A stretch of 64,000 nucleotides of DNA. Origin: a virus. The notes beneath the pieces were generated by a model, which did no database searches, had not been told where the DNA came from, and worked only from the letters and a program-made list of their open reading frames with translations. The stretch lies in IMG/VR virus record IMGVR_UViG_3300032268_001605, positions 32,001 to 96,000 of that record. One strand, written 5' to 3'. Positions 20,901-31,393 of the stretch are shown here, piece by piece (the first letter of the stretch is position 1; each line of letters starts with the position of its first letter). A program made the position numbers and the translations under genes.

Positions 20901-21113
20901 ATGAAATTTAAAATTGTTATCAAATTAAAAAACGAACTCGGTGAATTCATATCTGAAGAGATGAGTGTCACAGAGGAACAATATAGGGGACTAATGGAAG
21001 TATCTAAAGATTTTTATCTTAATGGATATGAAATGTATCTACCAAATGGTTTTATGGTAGTAGGACCAGAAATTTTGAAAAAATCAATACTAATTATACA
21101 AGTAGTCGAATAA
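20901..21113 (+). CDS. Hypothetical protein
   Basis: 70-aa ORF abutting the next gene. Confidence 0.6.
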   Translation: MKFKIVIKLKNELGEFISEEMSVTEEQYRGLMEVSKDFYLNGYEMYLPNGFMVVGPEILKKSILIIQVVE

Positions 21114-21770
21114 ATGGAAATAAGAAAAAAATTCAAACGATTTGGTGGTGAATTCATACCGGATATTATTGAATATCTAAATGAGTTTTTGAAAAATCAA
21201 CCTGGTGTAACAATTAGTGTTGGTTGTGATTCTATACAAAAGAAGAGAAAAACTCTTTTTGCAATTACTATCATGTTATATAACCAAGATATTAAGAATG
21301 GGGCACATGTTGTTTTCTTCAGGGAGAACTTACCAAAAATACGTGATAACTTTGAGAGATTGACTCGTGAGGTTACATTTGCACATGAGTTGGCTGAATA
21401 TTTAGAGAATGAATTGTCACCAATCTATCAAAGAGAGGATTTATCCGAATTAGAGTTGAAAAAGTATAAATTTCATCTTGCAAAATGTAACGGAGAATTC
21501 TCTAACCTATCTAACTACGAAGAATATACAGTAACTAAAAATTTGACTCTTACAGAAATAGAAAAGAATTTTAAATACAAACTTGTAGATATTCACTTAG
21601 ATTTCAATCCTAAAGAAGGTCAAAATGACAGTAGAGGTTATGCTAAAAATCGTTCAAACGTTGCTTACAGGAGTTTTGTACCTTGGTTAAGAGGTACTGG
21701 TTTCAGAGTTTGGGCTAAACCATCCGCACACGCTAGTAGCTCTGCGGCTGATTTACTTGTTCAAGATTAA
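21114..21770 (+). CDS. RNase H-like YkuK-family protein
   Basis: Motifs VGCDS, IHLDFN, SN, KP.A.ASSSAAD. Confidence 0.8.
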   Translation: MEIRKKFKRFGGEFIPDIIEYLNEFLKNQPGVTISVGCDSIQKKRKTLFAITIMLYNQDIKNGAHVVFFRENLPKIRDNFERLTREVTFAHELAEYLENELSPIYQREDLSELELKKYKFHLAKCNGEFSNLSNYEEYTVTKNLTLTEIEKNFKYKLVDIHLDFNPKEGQNDSRGYAKNRSNVAYRSFVPWLRGTGFRVWAKPSAHASSSAADLLVQD

Positions 21771-21800
21771 ACTTTAATTAAATTTATAATTATAAAAAAT

Positions 21801-22388
21801 ATGAAAAAAGAAGAATTAAAAATTTACGGACTATCCTATGCACACTCGAATTCCGGGTCTTATATATTAGTCTTGGGTCAGATGACTGGTAATTTAAAAT
21901 TGCCCGTTATTATAAAAGCACATGAGGCTCAGATCATTGCGCTAAAGTTAGAAAATATAGAATCACCGAAGCCACTATTACAAGAGGTTGTGTATAATCT
22001 AACAGAAAATTTAGGAGTGGATTTACAACAGGTTCTAATTTCACATATATTGGAGGGTGTATTTTATTGTAAATTAATCTTTACTACACCTACTGAAGAA
22101 TTCGAAATTAACTGTTCAATTGGTGATGCCATATCACTGTCACTTTATTATAGTTGCCCAATTATGTGCTCAAAAGAGGTGATGTCAATTTCTGGTATTC
22201 ATATGAGTGAAGATGGAGAAGTTTCAGAATCTCAAGAGACACAAAATAAACAAGATAGAGATTATAAATCAGTATTATCTGTGGATAATCTACAATCGAT
22301 GTTAGATAAGGCTATTGAAAATGAAGAATATGAAATCGCATCTCAATTAAGAGATAGAATAAACGAACTAAAAAAAATGAGTAAATAA
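21801..22388 (+). CDS. Bifunctional nuclease (DUF151) domain plus UVR domain protein
   Basis: LPVII...EAQII, GVFY, DAI; C-terminal AIENEEYEIASQLRD. Confidence 0.85.
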   Translation: MKKEELKIYGLSYAHSNSGSYILVLGQMTGNLKLPVIIKAHEAQIIALKLENIESPKPLLQEVVYNLTENLGVDLQQVLISHILEGVFYCKLIFTTPTEEFEINCSIGDAISLSLYYSCPIMCSKEVMSISGIHMSEDGEVSESQETQNKQDRDYKSVLSVDNLQSMLDKAIENEEYEIASQLRDRINELKKMSK

Positions 22389-22413
22389 CTTTAAAAAAAA
22401 ATATATTTAAACT

Positions 22414-23223
22414 ATGATTTCATGGATAGGGGGAAAATCCTCCATAAGCAAATGGATAATACCATACATACCCGAAAATATTAAAACATATTGTGAACCC
22501 TTCAGTGGAGCCTATTGGGTATATCTGAAGATGGATCTTTCTAAATATAAAGATTTGGAGGAAATTGTTTATAACGATTACAATGATTACTTGGTAAACT
22601 TTTTTATGTGCTGTAAAGAACATGAAACCTTCCATAAGTTTGTATCGAAATATAAATCTCAGGACAAAGAATTATTTTATAAGTTTCAAAAAGAGCTTTA
22701 TAAGGACAGATTATCATATCAGATGCCGGATCATGCTACAGCTGTTAAGTTTGCTTATTTATGTACTCAAGTTTGGAGTGGTTTAAATAGTGAGACAAAT
22801 AAGTTTATAGATTTAAAGGATAAATATAAATCGAAATTTGATACTTTCAAAGATAAACTAATCAATAGAAAGTTTACAGACAACTTAGATAGAATTACAA
22901 ACTTTGAAAATCTAGATTTCCAGAAAGTGATAGAAAAATACGACAATGAAAACGCATTTTTCTACGTTGATGCACCATATTACACAACAGAACATTATTA
23001 TAGTAATAATGTTTTCTCAAAAGAAGACCACGAAAGACTAGCAAACGTTTTGAAATCAATTAAAGGTAGATTTGCAATGAGTTATTACTACTTTGAAGAT
23101 TTGGAAAAATGGTTTCCTAAGAATCAATATAATTGGCAGGAAAAAGAATTTAATAAGGCGGCTATGGCAAAAGCTGGTAAAGCACAGACTAAAGCAACTG
23201 AATTATTAGTAATGAATTATTAA
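22414..23223 (+). CDS. dam: DNA adenine methyltransferase (Dam/D12 class)
   Basis: Motifs WIGGK, EPFSG, YND, DAPY and ELLVMNY. Confidence 0.85.
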   Translation: MISWIGGKSSISKWIIPYIPENIKTYCEPFSGAYWVYLKMDLSKYKDLEEIVYNDYNDYLVNFFMCCKEHETFHKFVSKYKSQDKELFYKFQKELYKDRLSYQMPDHATAVKFAYLCTQVWSGLNSETNKFIDLKDKYKSKFDTFKDKLINRKFTDNLDRITNFENLDFQKVIEKYDNENAFFYVDAPYYTTEHYYSNNVFSKEDHERLANVLKSIKGRFAMSYYYFEDLEKWFPKNQYNWQEKEFNKAAMAKAGKAQTKATELLVMNY

Positions 23224-23224
23224 T

Positions 23225-23551
23225 ATGAAAAGAAGTAAAATCTGGATTAGGGATGCTATCAAAAATGGTTTAGTAAAATATTATACTGATCAGAAGGTCG
23301 TTGTATTTAGAAGAAAGGTTAATGGATATCCTCGTTCAATGAAAGACGGTGTTGTTTATAGGGTCAAATACACTCTACTTGATGATTTAGTTTTGATTGA
23401 AGATATAGACCACGAAGCACATAAATTTCTAAAAATACGGGAGTATAAAGTGAATAAGAGTTACGTCATACCGATAGATTTTTTAAGAGATGAATTAATT
23501 AGTGAAATTTTGGACTTTGATGAAGAGAGAGACGTCCAAATTAATAAATAA
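23225..23551 (+). CDS. Hypothetical protein with RDELISEIL tail
   Basis: ORF within an operon. Confidence 0.6.
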   Translation: MKRSKIWIRDAIKNGLVKYYTDQKVVVFRRKVNGYPRSMKDGVVYRVKYTLLDDLVLIEDIDHEAHKFLKIREYKVNKSYVIPIDFLRDELISEILDFDEERDVQINK

Positions 23552-23571
23552 TAAAAAATTAAAATTTTTTT

Positions 23572-23787
23572 ATGTTTTTTAAACCAGGTGATAGAGTTAT
23601 AAAAAATACTGGTGGTAACAAAATGACAATAGTTTCCTGCACTGATGAAACCGCTAATTGTGTTTGGATTACAGAAAATTTTCACGAATCAACATTTAAT
23701 GTCAAAGAACTTTTACCACTCAATCAATACGATAAAATTAGAAGAGGAGAAAAAAGAGAAGATTTAATCAATCAATTACTTAAATGA
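23572..23787 (+). CDS. YodC/DUF2158-like small protein
   Basis: FKPGDRV...GGNKMTI...CVW...F....L. Confidence 0.7.
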   Translation: MFFKPGDRVIKNTGGNKMTIVSCTDETANCVWITENFHESTFNVKELLPLNQYDKIRRGEKREDLINQLLK

Positions 23788-24089
23788 GGTTGTACAAATT
23801 AGTTACACAAAAAGCTACATTATGTTCCAGCCCAGATTTAGAGACTCTAGTTTCTATCGAAGATTTAAGTTCGGGAAGACCATCACTCTGTTGTTTGAGA
23901 AGAATAACCTCGGTATTTTATGAATCATCGAGAGTACTCAACATTAACGATATATTCCAATTATCTACTTTTGGTAAAACTTTAGTTTATAGACACACTT
24001 CTGGAAACATTGATTGGATTATAGACATTGAAAGAAATGAGTATAAAACCTTAAAAAGAATTTTGAAAATTAACCTAATTTTAGAATAA
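23784..24089 (+). CDS. Hypothetical protein
   Basis: ATGA overlap with the preceding gene. Confidence 0.55.
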   Translation: MRLYKLVTQKATLCSSPDLETLVSIEDLSSGRPSLCCLRRITSVFYESSRVLNINDIFQLSTFGKTLVYRHTSGNIDWIIDIERNEYKTLKRILKINLILE

Positions 24090-24115
24090 ACTACATATCG
24101 AAAATAAATATAAAT

Positions 24116-24252
24116 TGTGTAATCTTGGTGGTGTAAAAAGCTCTTGGTGGCTGCCTAAAAGCACACACTGTACCTGCTCTGGCTTATAGATTGTACATCA
24201 TGCTTGTACAAATAGTGAGGTTGAGGTAGTTGGTTAATCCTCAGACAAGATT
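24116..24252 (+). ncRNA. Candidate structured non-coding RNA
   Basis: Closing stem AATCTTG/CAAGATT and internal hairpins, with an upstream AAACT-N15-ATATAA promoter and a downstream terminator. Confidence 0.5.
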
Positions 24253-24257
24253 CTAAG

Positions 24258-24288
24258 AATCCCTATTAAAAGTAGGGATTCATTTTTC
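24258..24288 (+). terminator. Intrinsic terminator
   Basis: aatccctat-taaaa-gtagggatt followed by a T-rich tract. Confidence 0.65.
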
Positions 24289-24377
24289 ATTTTTAATATA
24301 TAGAATTATGAGAATCTCAAAAATGGAATAAAGGATTCAATAAGAATGGATTCTCAAAAATATACTTGTGTAAAATA

Positions 24378-25484
24378 ATGGAGAGAATAGTAAAATTTAA
24401 AGATTTTGTAACTGAAGCACTTGGTGTTCCAACTGGAATTATACCACTAGCTAAACAGTTATTCGACCACCTTGTGGATAACATTGAAAAACAAGATAGT
24501 CTTGAGGATTTAATAAAGATTCCTATTTTGATGGAAGGTAATTTTTCCATAAATGATATGAAAATCAAAAAGATAATACTTGGATTAAATTTCAACGTAT
24601 ACATTAGTGGTAAAGGAAAAATTGATTTCTTAGGTATGGGTTCACACTTTCAGAGTCATAGTGGTGTGAGTAAAAAATTTAGAGTACCTTATGTGAAGAC
24701 AAATGATACAGATGAGATTTTAATTAGTATTGACTTAGCAGTCTCCCAAGAAATTATTGGACAAAGTATTATCGATTACTTGATATCACTTAAAAATTAT
24801 TTTATACCTATCTTTGCACACGAATTAAAACATTTTTATGATAAATTCAAAAAACCAAGACAACCGTTAGCCGTCTGGACGGAATACTCCACTATATCCA
24901 AAAACAATTTTGGTGGAGTAAAGCCACTTAATGACTATCTTTTCTTGTCATACTATTTGCATGAATTTGAAAATTTAGTTAGACCTACTGAATTTGCAGC
25001 AATGTTAGATATTCATAAGATAACACCAGATAAGTTTAAAGAATATTTTGTTAATACTGAAATCTATCAATTTTTGAAACAGGGTCAGAATTTCTCTCTT
25101 TCGAACCTCAAAAATGATTTGAAAAATTACCTAATACAAATGGTATCGATATTGTGTGACTTGGGATATAACCCAATACAAATTATTAAACTTGGTTCAG
25201 ATTCGATTGTTGAATTAATATTGAAAGAGTTCTATGAAAATATTCTAACTTGGAAAGGAGACACATTAGAAAAATTTTTATTCCCATTAGGAAAACATCC
25301 TATGAGATTCATTGGAAAAAAAGATGAATATTTTGATGATTATTTAAATAAAATCCTTAAATTTGGATCCGATTATAAGAAGTTCTATGAAAACGAAGAA
25401 AAGTTCTTGAAATCTGAATCAACTAAAATGATCAAAAAACTTTCTGGATTATACGCACTTACAGACATTTATAAAAAGAAATAA
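24378..25484 (+). CDS. Zincin-like (HExxH) protein with leader peptide
   Basis: Leader MERIVKFKDFVTE; AHELKH...E. Confidence 0.6.
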   Translation: MERIVKFKDFVTEALGVPTGIIPLAKQLFDHLVDNIEKQDSLEDLIKIPILMEGNFSINDMKIKKIILGLNFNVYISGKGKIDFLGMGSHFQSHSGVSKKFRVPYVKTNDTDEILISIDLAVSQEIIGQSIIDYLISLKNYFIPIFAHELKHFYDKFKKPRQPLAVWTEYSTISKNNFGGVKPLNDYLFLSYYLHEFENLVRPTEFAAMLDIHKITPDKFKEYFVNTEIYQFLKQGQNFSLSNLKNDLKNYLIQMVSILCDLGYNPIQIIKLGSDSIVELILKEFYENILTWKGDTLEKFLFPLGKHPMRFIGKKDEYFDDYLNKILKFGSDYKKFYENEEKFLKSESTKMIKKLSGLYALTDIYKKK

Positions 25485-25486
25485 CT

Positions 25487-25666
25487 ATGAAACTACAATC
25501 AATTTGGAACTGGGAACTTTGGCACAAACTAAAAGGTGAATCAAATTTAGTAAAAGAAAAACCACAATTCGTCAAAGAAATTTTTGAGAAAGACAAAAGT
25601 GAAAAATCAGAAGATAATACTCTAGAAAAAAATTCTAATGACGATGGAAAAAATCAAACTATTTGA
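25487..25666 (+). CDS. Small hypothetical protein (59 aa)
   Basis: MKLQSIWNWELWHK..., filling the gap between two genes. Confidence 0.45.
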   Translation: MKLQSIWNWELWHKLKGESNLVKEKPQFVKEIFEKDKSEKSEDNTLEKNSNDDGKNQTI

Positions 25667-25994
25667 AAATTTTAATTACTCTTCTTTTGAAGAGGTAGAT
25701 GATTTACTCTTATCATTACAAGATCAAGGAATACTAAAGTTGAAAAATAAACCCTCCTTCCTAATCGAAACAGAAGAAGAAGAGGGAATCGGAGCACCTC
25801 AAATCGTCACTAGATACTCTATCACTAAAGATTTGGGTAAAATAGATTCAATCCAAAAACTTGAGACACTCGAAAACTTGTTGAGAGATTTTAGACAAGC
25901 AATGTCTAGAATTGGTACATTCGGTGATTACCTCATAGATTTAGGCGCAAAAGAATGGGAAGTCAAATTACCAGTACCAGATAAGATATAAATT

Positions 25995-27290
25995 TTAACA
26001 ACTTTGATTACACAAATAACTTATGTAACTTTTATCAGTTTTAAACTTACTAAAAACAACAATATTTGTTGAAACTCTATATCTCAATTTAGAATTTTTT
26101 ACTAATCCAAATAATTTATTCCAACTTTCTGGTAATTCACTGAAATATTCCTTCCATTGGTCTTTCAGTGAATTTTTAATCCATAATTCTGGGTAAAATT
26201 TCTTTGTCTTTTTTATTATTACTTCAAATCCCCTCCTTCCAATTTCTAAACTGGCATTGATTGGGTCAACATATTCATAAATACAATTACCTATAAATGA
26301 AGTATATACAGGATTTATTTTATAAATTTTTTGTCCATTTAAGACACATCTCTTTTCTAAATTATCTATGAAAATATTTCTTTTCCATAAATTTTTAGTT
26401 AATCTATTAAATGATTTATGATTTTTTTCATTCTTAAATTTTAAATCTTCTATGAAAATAAATTTACATTTATTTTTTAATGATATTTCAGATATTTTTT
26501 TTGATATTTCAAGTATTTCATGATTTAATTTATTATTTAAGTACTTCATTTCTGAGGAATTATTAGATTTATTTAATTTCTTAAATTTCTCAATTATTTT
26601 ACTTAGATTAAAACATTCAGTATGTAAAATATCATCGCCTTTTTTGATAGATAATCCAATAAATTCTGGGTTTAAATCAATTCCCATATAAATATCATCA
26701 TCTAAAACTTTATCAATTTTAATTTCTTCAAAAGAAAAATAGATATATTTGTCTGTTAATTTAATTTGATATGTTAACCCAACATTTTCATTAAGTAATT
26801 GAAGATTAGATAGTTTTTTCTTAAAATTATTTCTTAAATTTGGAAGTTCGAGTATAAAATGTTCTTTTTTATTTAATTTATAAATAATTTGATTATTATT
26901 TAAGATGTCTAGTTTAAATTTTCTATTTCCTTTTTGTGATTTTTCCCCAAAAATTGTTAAAGGGAGTAATCTTTTATACTTTAAAAAATCACCAGAAATC
27001 TTGTTTTTAGTTCTGTTTAAGAAGTTATGTTTTCCTCCAAAAATTACTTTATCATCACCATTTTTGTTTAAAATACTTTTACCTTCAATTATACCACATT
27101 GTTTAGTCCAGACATCTAAGTAGTTGATATTGTTCAATTTATAAAATGAATCTCTAATTTCCTTTTCTGTTAAACCATCTTTTAATCTATTATAAGAATA
27201 CCTAACAACTGAAGAATATTGTTTTCTTAGAGAAAACAATTTATCTTGAAATTCTAAAGTTGATTTATAAGGTAATTTAATAGTTATCAA
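25995..27290 (-). CDS. tnpB: TnpB-like RNA-guided nuclease
   Basis: RuvC motifs GIDLN, FIEDL, YTS...D.INAS; no Cys4 zinc finger. Confidence 0.8.
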   Translation of the reverse strand: MITIKLPYKSTLEFQDKLFSLRKQYSSVVRYSYNRLKDGLTEKEIRDSFYKLNNINYLDVWTKQCGIIEGKSILNKNGDDKVIFGGKHNFLNRTKNKISGDFLKYKRLLPLTIFGEKSQKGNRKFKLDILNNNQIIYKLNKKEHFILELPNLRNNFKKKLSNLQLLNENVGLTYQIKLTDKYIYFSFEEIKIDKVLDDDIYMGIDLNPEFIGLSIKKGDDILHTECFNLSKIIEKFKKLNKSNNSSEMKYLNNKLNHEILEISKKISEISLKNKCKFIFIEDLKFKNEKNHKSFNRLTKNLWKRNIFIDNLEKRCVLNGQKIYKINPVYTSFIGNCIYEYVDPINASLEIGRRGFEVIIKKTKKFYPELWIKNSLKDQWKEYFSELPESWNKLFGLVKNSKLRYRVSTNIVVFSKFKTDKSYISYLCNQSC

Positions 27291-27328
27291 AGTTATTAAT
27301 TATAATTTTATATAGTATATATTAACTT

Positions 27329-27925
27329 TCAAAACTCATTTTTTGAATTTTCTAAACTTTTTTTAATATTTTTTAATAAATTTCTTCTTTTAGAATAGTA
27401 TTTCATACTAAAATGATTTATTATTGTTAATAAATCATCAGTTAACTCATTTTCATAAGTTTTAGTATCAGAATTATCAAGTATAACTATATTACAGTTA
27501 TACTTATTAAATATATTTTTTAAATAATCATACCCAAATCTTGATAACCTATCTTTTGTTGAAATAAAAATATTTGATACTTTATTTTCCAAAACCATAT
27601 TAATTAGTTTATTAAAATCCAGCCTATCTTCATTCATACCAGAAGCGATATCTTTAAATACTTGGTCCACAATATATCCATTATATATCATATAATTTTT
27701 TATAAGATCAATTTGTCTATTTAGGTCTTCTTTTTGACTAGTATTTGAAACTCTACTATAGACAACATTTAATTTTTTATCTTCTTCAATATTTTGGTCT
27801 AAGTATAGGAATTTTCTTGATGATACTTTATTACATTTAATTTTTCCATCATCCACCCACCTTTTAAGTGTAGTATTTGATATTTTATACTTTGAACAAT
27901 ATTCTTTAGATTTTAACCATAACAT
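27329..27925 (-). CDS. tnpA: IS607 serine-recombinase transposase
   Basis: N-terminal HTH (TLKRWV..G), YSRVS, DIASG, DRLSRFG and SMKYYSKRR. Confidence 0.9.
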   Translation of the reverse strand: MLWLKSKEYCSKYKISNTTLKRWVDDGKIKCNKVSSRKFLYLDQNIEEDKKLNVVYSRVSNTSQKEDLNRQIDLIKNYMIYNGYIVDQVFKDIASGMNEDRLDFNKLINMVLENKVSNIFISTKDRLSRFGYDYLKNIFNKYNCNIVILDNSDTKTYENELTDDLLTIINHFSMKYYSKRRNLLKNIKKSLENSKNEF

Positions 27926-28344
27926 AAATTATTAAAATTATTTTAGTTATATATATTATTTATATCATCTCCTGTTTATAACATCAAAAAACTTACAAAT
28001 CTTTTAGGATATCCAAGCGACTTGGATTTAAGTGGGGGTTATTTTCCCTACGATAATGATATAGATGGATATCCGCGCGATGTTAAACTTAAATTTACTG
28101 TTGATGAAGATTTGAATGTTATAGTTGAAATCAAACCAGATTCTAAATTTTACTATATTAGAAAGGGAAATACACGATCCTATCACAAAATAGATAACAT
28201 GTCAACTTTAGTGACTGATGAGAAAGAGACCGCATTAAAGAAACATTTTTTAGACAATTATGGATTAAAGTTCATCGGTGATGAAGTAAGAGGAAAACTC
28301 AAATTCTATAAATTCATAAATAATTAATTTTTTTCTTCATAAGT

Positions 28345-28376
28345 ATTGTTTTATTGGAAATATTTACCTATCTTTG
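28345..28376 (+). promoter_or_regulatory. Bacteroidota-type promoter
   Basis: ATTG-N20-TATCTTTG. Confidence 0.7.
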
Positions 28377-28403
28377 TCTAAACAAATTTAAAAACGATAA
28401 ATT

Positions 28404-29291
28404 ATGAGCAAATATCTTTCACAGTACGGTTTCAGAACTTGGAACAAAGAAGAACTTTTTAACCAAATTGATAAAATTAACATCTTCAGACTTGAAGATC
28501 AAGTTATCACTAAAATCGGAGATGTAGTAACCAATGTAACAAATGTTTCTAAAAGATACGAAGTATTTGATATTCGATCTTTTATGAAATCCAAAATCGA
28601 ACAAATAGAAGCTAATTTTCCAATCAACTTCTATAAGTTCAGACTCAAAGCCGGTGTACAAGAACTTACACTAATCTCAGACGAAGTAGAAATCAATAAA
28701 ACCCTCTTCTACAAATCATTCTATATCCTGAACTCTTCTGACAAATCCAGAAGACTCAATATGAATATGGGTTTGTATAGAGCAGATAACAACTCTTATG
28801 TAGTAGGTTCAATCAGAAATCTAACACTTTCAACAAAACACCTAACTGGAGTTACCAAGAAGGCAGAAGAAATATCTCAAACAATAGACATCGAAACTTT
28901 TGATGAGCAAATCGAAGCAATCAAATCCCTAGTAGGACAAAGAGTACTTCTTTCTAAGGTTAGAGAAATCATTGTGGATAAAGATTTACAAATTAACCAT
29001 AGAAAATTTGATGCACTTAAAAACTCCCTGAGATACTCACCATCAGATAAGATGGATACCTTGACAAAAGACCAGTTGAATACACTTTGTACCACTTCAG
29101 AGACTCTGGTGATAGATCATAAAAATGATTTTTCAATAGATGCCTACAAAATATTTAATTGTTACATACAGGTTTTCTCAAGACAAGACTCTTATATAGT
29201 GAAGAAAGAAACCGAAAAGATACTAAAAATCACACAATGTTTCCTCAGAGATGAAAAAATTAGTTCTCTCCTAGATTTACTTCTTGATTAA
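28404..29291 (+). CDS. Hypothetical early protein with RDEKISSLL tail
   Basis: 295-aa ORF. Confidence 0.7.
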   Translation: MSKYLSQYGFRTWNKEELFNQIDKINIFRLEDQVITKIGDVVTNVTNVSKRYEVFDIRSFMKSKIEQIEANFPINFYKFRLKAGVQELTLISDEVEINKTLFYKSFYILNSSDKSRRLNMNMGLYRADNNSYVVGSIRNLTLSTKHLTGVTKKAEEISQTIDIETFDEQIEAIKSLVGQRVLLSKVREIIVDKDLQINHRKFDALKNSLRYSPSDKMDTLTKDQLNTLCTTSETLVIDHKNDFSIDAYKIFNCYIQVFSRQDSYIVKKETEKILKITQCFLRDEKISSLLDLLLD

Positions 29292-29324
29292 TTTTAAAAA
29301 TATATTTACCTTAAAATAAAAATT

Positions 29325-30515
29325 ATGTCTTATACAAGAAAAACAACTGATATTTTCATCTCTGATGAATTAACATCAATCTTAGAAAAAATCCAAAATG
29401 GATCTGTGGTGGCTAAACTTCTTCTAAAGAAACGTCACCCCTTAGAAGATTTAGTCGAGGATTATGTCAACTACATCTCTGTATCTAAAGATGATAGTAC
29501 CAAACTTTCCTACATATCACAAGAGCGACAAAAACAAACTACCGATTTCTGGGACTCAAATAGACGCTTTATGATAAAGCCAGGTGCCTTTGTTAAAAAA
29601 GTATTCAAAAACATCTCAGAAAAAGATATTGAAATTTTTTCAAGTCTTTTCAGAAGTGAACAAACAGTCAACAACTTACAATTCAAAGTTGTCAGTGGAA
29701 GAAATATCTCACAATACTATAATGAAGAAAGTTATGCTTCTGTGAGATCTTCTTTAGGAGCTTCTTGTATGAGATATGATGAATGTCAAAATTGGTTCAA
29801 TATCTATACAGACAACCCTGACCAAATCACCATGTTGATACTCGTAAACAAGACAGGGGACTTGGTCGGTAGAAGTTTACTTTGGCAAACTACACCGAAA
29901 GTTATGGATAGAATTTACACAGTAAATGATGATTTATTTGCACCACAGTTTAAAAAATGGGCACAAGAAAATGGATATCTCTATAAGACTGAACAAAAGT
30001 GGAATAATACATTTGCTTTCACCTCAAATGGTGTGAGTACAAATCATCATCTTTCAATAGAACTCGATAATGTAGATTTCAAACACTATCCTTATTTGGA
30101 TACTTTCAAATTTTTATCACCTTCAAAAAAGACAATCTATAACTATATACCTACAGATGTAGATGATATAATAACTCTTACCACTGCTGATGGTAGAAGT
30201 AACAGTGTTGAATATTTGGCACTAGATATTAAAACCAATCTTTACTATCAAAGGTGTGATACTGTTTTTCTTGGTTATCTAAATGGTAGAGTATTCGGTG
30301 ATAGTGTTTATTACTCTCAGACTAATGACTGTTATATACACGAATGGGACGCTGTCTATTGTCGTTTTTTAGATGACTATATTTTCATAGATAATAGTCT
30401 GAATAGTAGTTCTGGAAAAATTGAAAGATTAAAATGTATTACCGGTAAATCAGAGTTAGATATAGAAACTTTAAAAAAATACAATCTCGCTGACATACCC
30501 GAACTTTTCGTTTAG
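29325..30515 (+). CDS. Hypothetical phage protein (SCMRY / GRSLLW / MDRIY / YPYLDT motifs)
   Basis: 396-aa ORF; function not recognised. Confidence 0.65.
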   Translation: MSYTRKTTDIFISDELTSILEKIQNGSVVAKLLLKKRHPLEDLVEDYVNYISVSKDDSTKLSYISQERQKQTTDFWDSNRRFMIKPGAFVKKVFKNISEKDIEIFSSLFRSEQTVNNLQFKVVSGRNISQYYNEESYASVRSSLGASCMRYDECQNWFNIYTDNPDQITMLILVNKTGDLVGRSLLWQTTPKVMDRIYTVNDDLFAPQFKKWAQENGYLYKTEQKWNNTFAFTSNGVSTNHHLSIELDNVDFKHYPYLDTFKFLSPSKKTIYNYIPTDVDDIITLTTADGRSNSVEYLALDIKTNLYYQRCDTVFLGYLNGRVFGDSVYYSQTNDCYIHEWDAVYCRFLDDYIFIDNSLNSSSGKIERLKCITGKSELDIETLKKYNLADIPELFV

Positions 30516-30516
30516 C

Positions 30517-30546
30517 AAAAAGACTCACTTTAAAGTGAGTCTTTTT
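30517..30546. terminator. Palindromic terminator
   Basis: aaaagactcactttaaagtgagtctttt. Confidence 0.8.
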
Positions 30547-30627
30547 TATTATCGAAGTATTGTTGAATAATCCGTATTCGTTTTCAGAAATAGTTAAACT
30601 CATAATAACTTCTTCCATATAATTTAT

Positions 30628-31383
30628 ATGGAAGAAGTGCTAAAAAAACTTAAGATATTTGACGATTCCAATTTCAAGTTCGACCCAATACAACATAAGT
30701 ATTATTTAGACGGTGAGCATTTTATTTCAGTTACACAATTTATATCAAAATTTCATCAAAAATTTGATACTGAATTTTGGTCAAAGAAAAAGGCTGATGA
30801 TGCCGGTGTATCACAAGACCAAATTTTACTTGAATGGAAACAACTGAATGATAGAGCCAATGAGATTGGTACCGCTACACATAATTGGATAGAAAATTAC
30901 TATAATGGTATATATCAACAATTACCCACTGATTTAGATGTAATTGATAGAATTAATAAATTTAATATAGCTTATGCCAAGTGGTTATATAAATTAACGC
31001 CTATCAAATTCGAACAGCGTATTTTCTCAAGAAAATGGAAAATTGCTGGAATGATGGATGCAATATTTGGTTTTAACGATAGTGTTTTTATATTTGATTA
31101 TAAAACAAATAAACAATTTACTCATGACGAACATGATAAAGGCAAATTTGAAAAATTACTATATCCATTCGAAGATTATTATAAAAATCATCTTAATGAG
31201 TATTCAATACAAGTTAGTTTATATAAATTAATTCTAAGAGAAGTTGGTATTGATATAAAAGCATCATACCTACTTTATATCGGCCCAAATGAGGAAGCTA
31301 AAATATACAAAACACATGATTTTTCTGATATTTTAGAAAAATACTTGATACAGGAACAAATAAATAATTTATATATAAAATAA
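30628..31383 (+). CDS. PD-(D/E)XK exonuclease
   Basis: Motifs SVT, GTATH, EQRI, AGMMD, DYKT and YSIQVSLY. Confidence 0.85.
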   Translation: MEEVLKKLKIFDDSNFKFDPIQHKYYLDGEHFISVTQFISKFHQKFDTEFWSKKKADDAGVSQDQILLEWKQLNDRANEIGTATHNWIENYYNGIYQQLPTDLDVIDRINKFNIAYAKWLYKLTPIKFEQRIFSRKWKIAGMMDAIFGFNDSVFIFDYKTNKQFTHDEHDKGKFEKLLYPFEDYYKNHLNEYSIQVSLYKLILREVGIDIKASYLLYIGPNEEAKIYKTHDFSDILEKYLIQEQINNLYIK

Positions 31384-31393
31384 AAATATTTGC

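Larger units (their letters stand above)
25985..27981 (-). mobile_element. IS607-family element (serine recombinase plus TnpB)
   Basis: Two genes; ATAA present at both junctions (25981-25984 and 27978-27981). Confidence 0.85.
25644..28327 (+). pseudogene. MEKIKLFENF-leader gene split by an IS607-family element
   Basis: Removing 25985-27981 restores the frame: ...KLPVPD|NIKKLTNLLGYPSDLDLSGG... Confidence 0.8.

Noticed and set aside
24222-24235. tgaggtagttggtt resembling let-7 or a tRNA D-arm
   Set aside because: Short chance match; no cloverleaf or T-loop can be drawn.
30545-30595. Possible C-terminal remnant of the displaced exonuclease (LFLKTNTDYSTILR*, minus strand)
   Set aside because: The similarity to KTHDFSDIL is too short to support.
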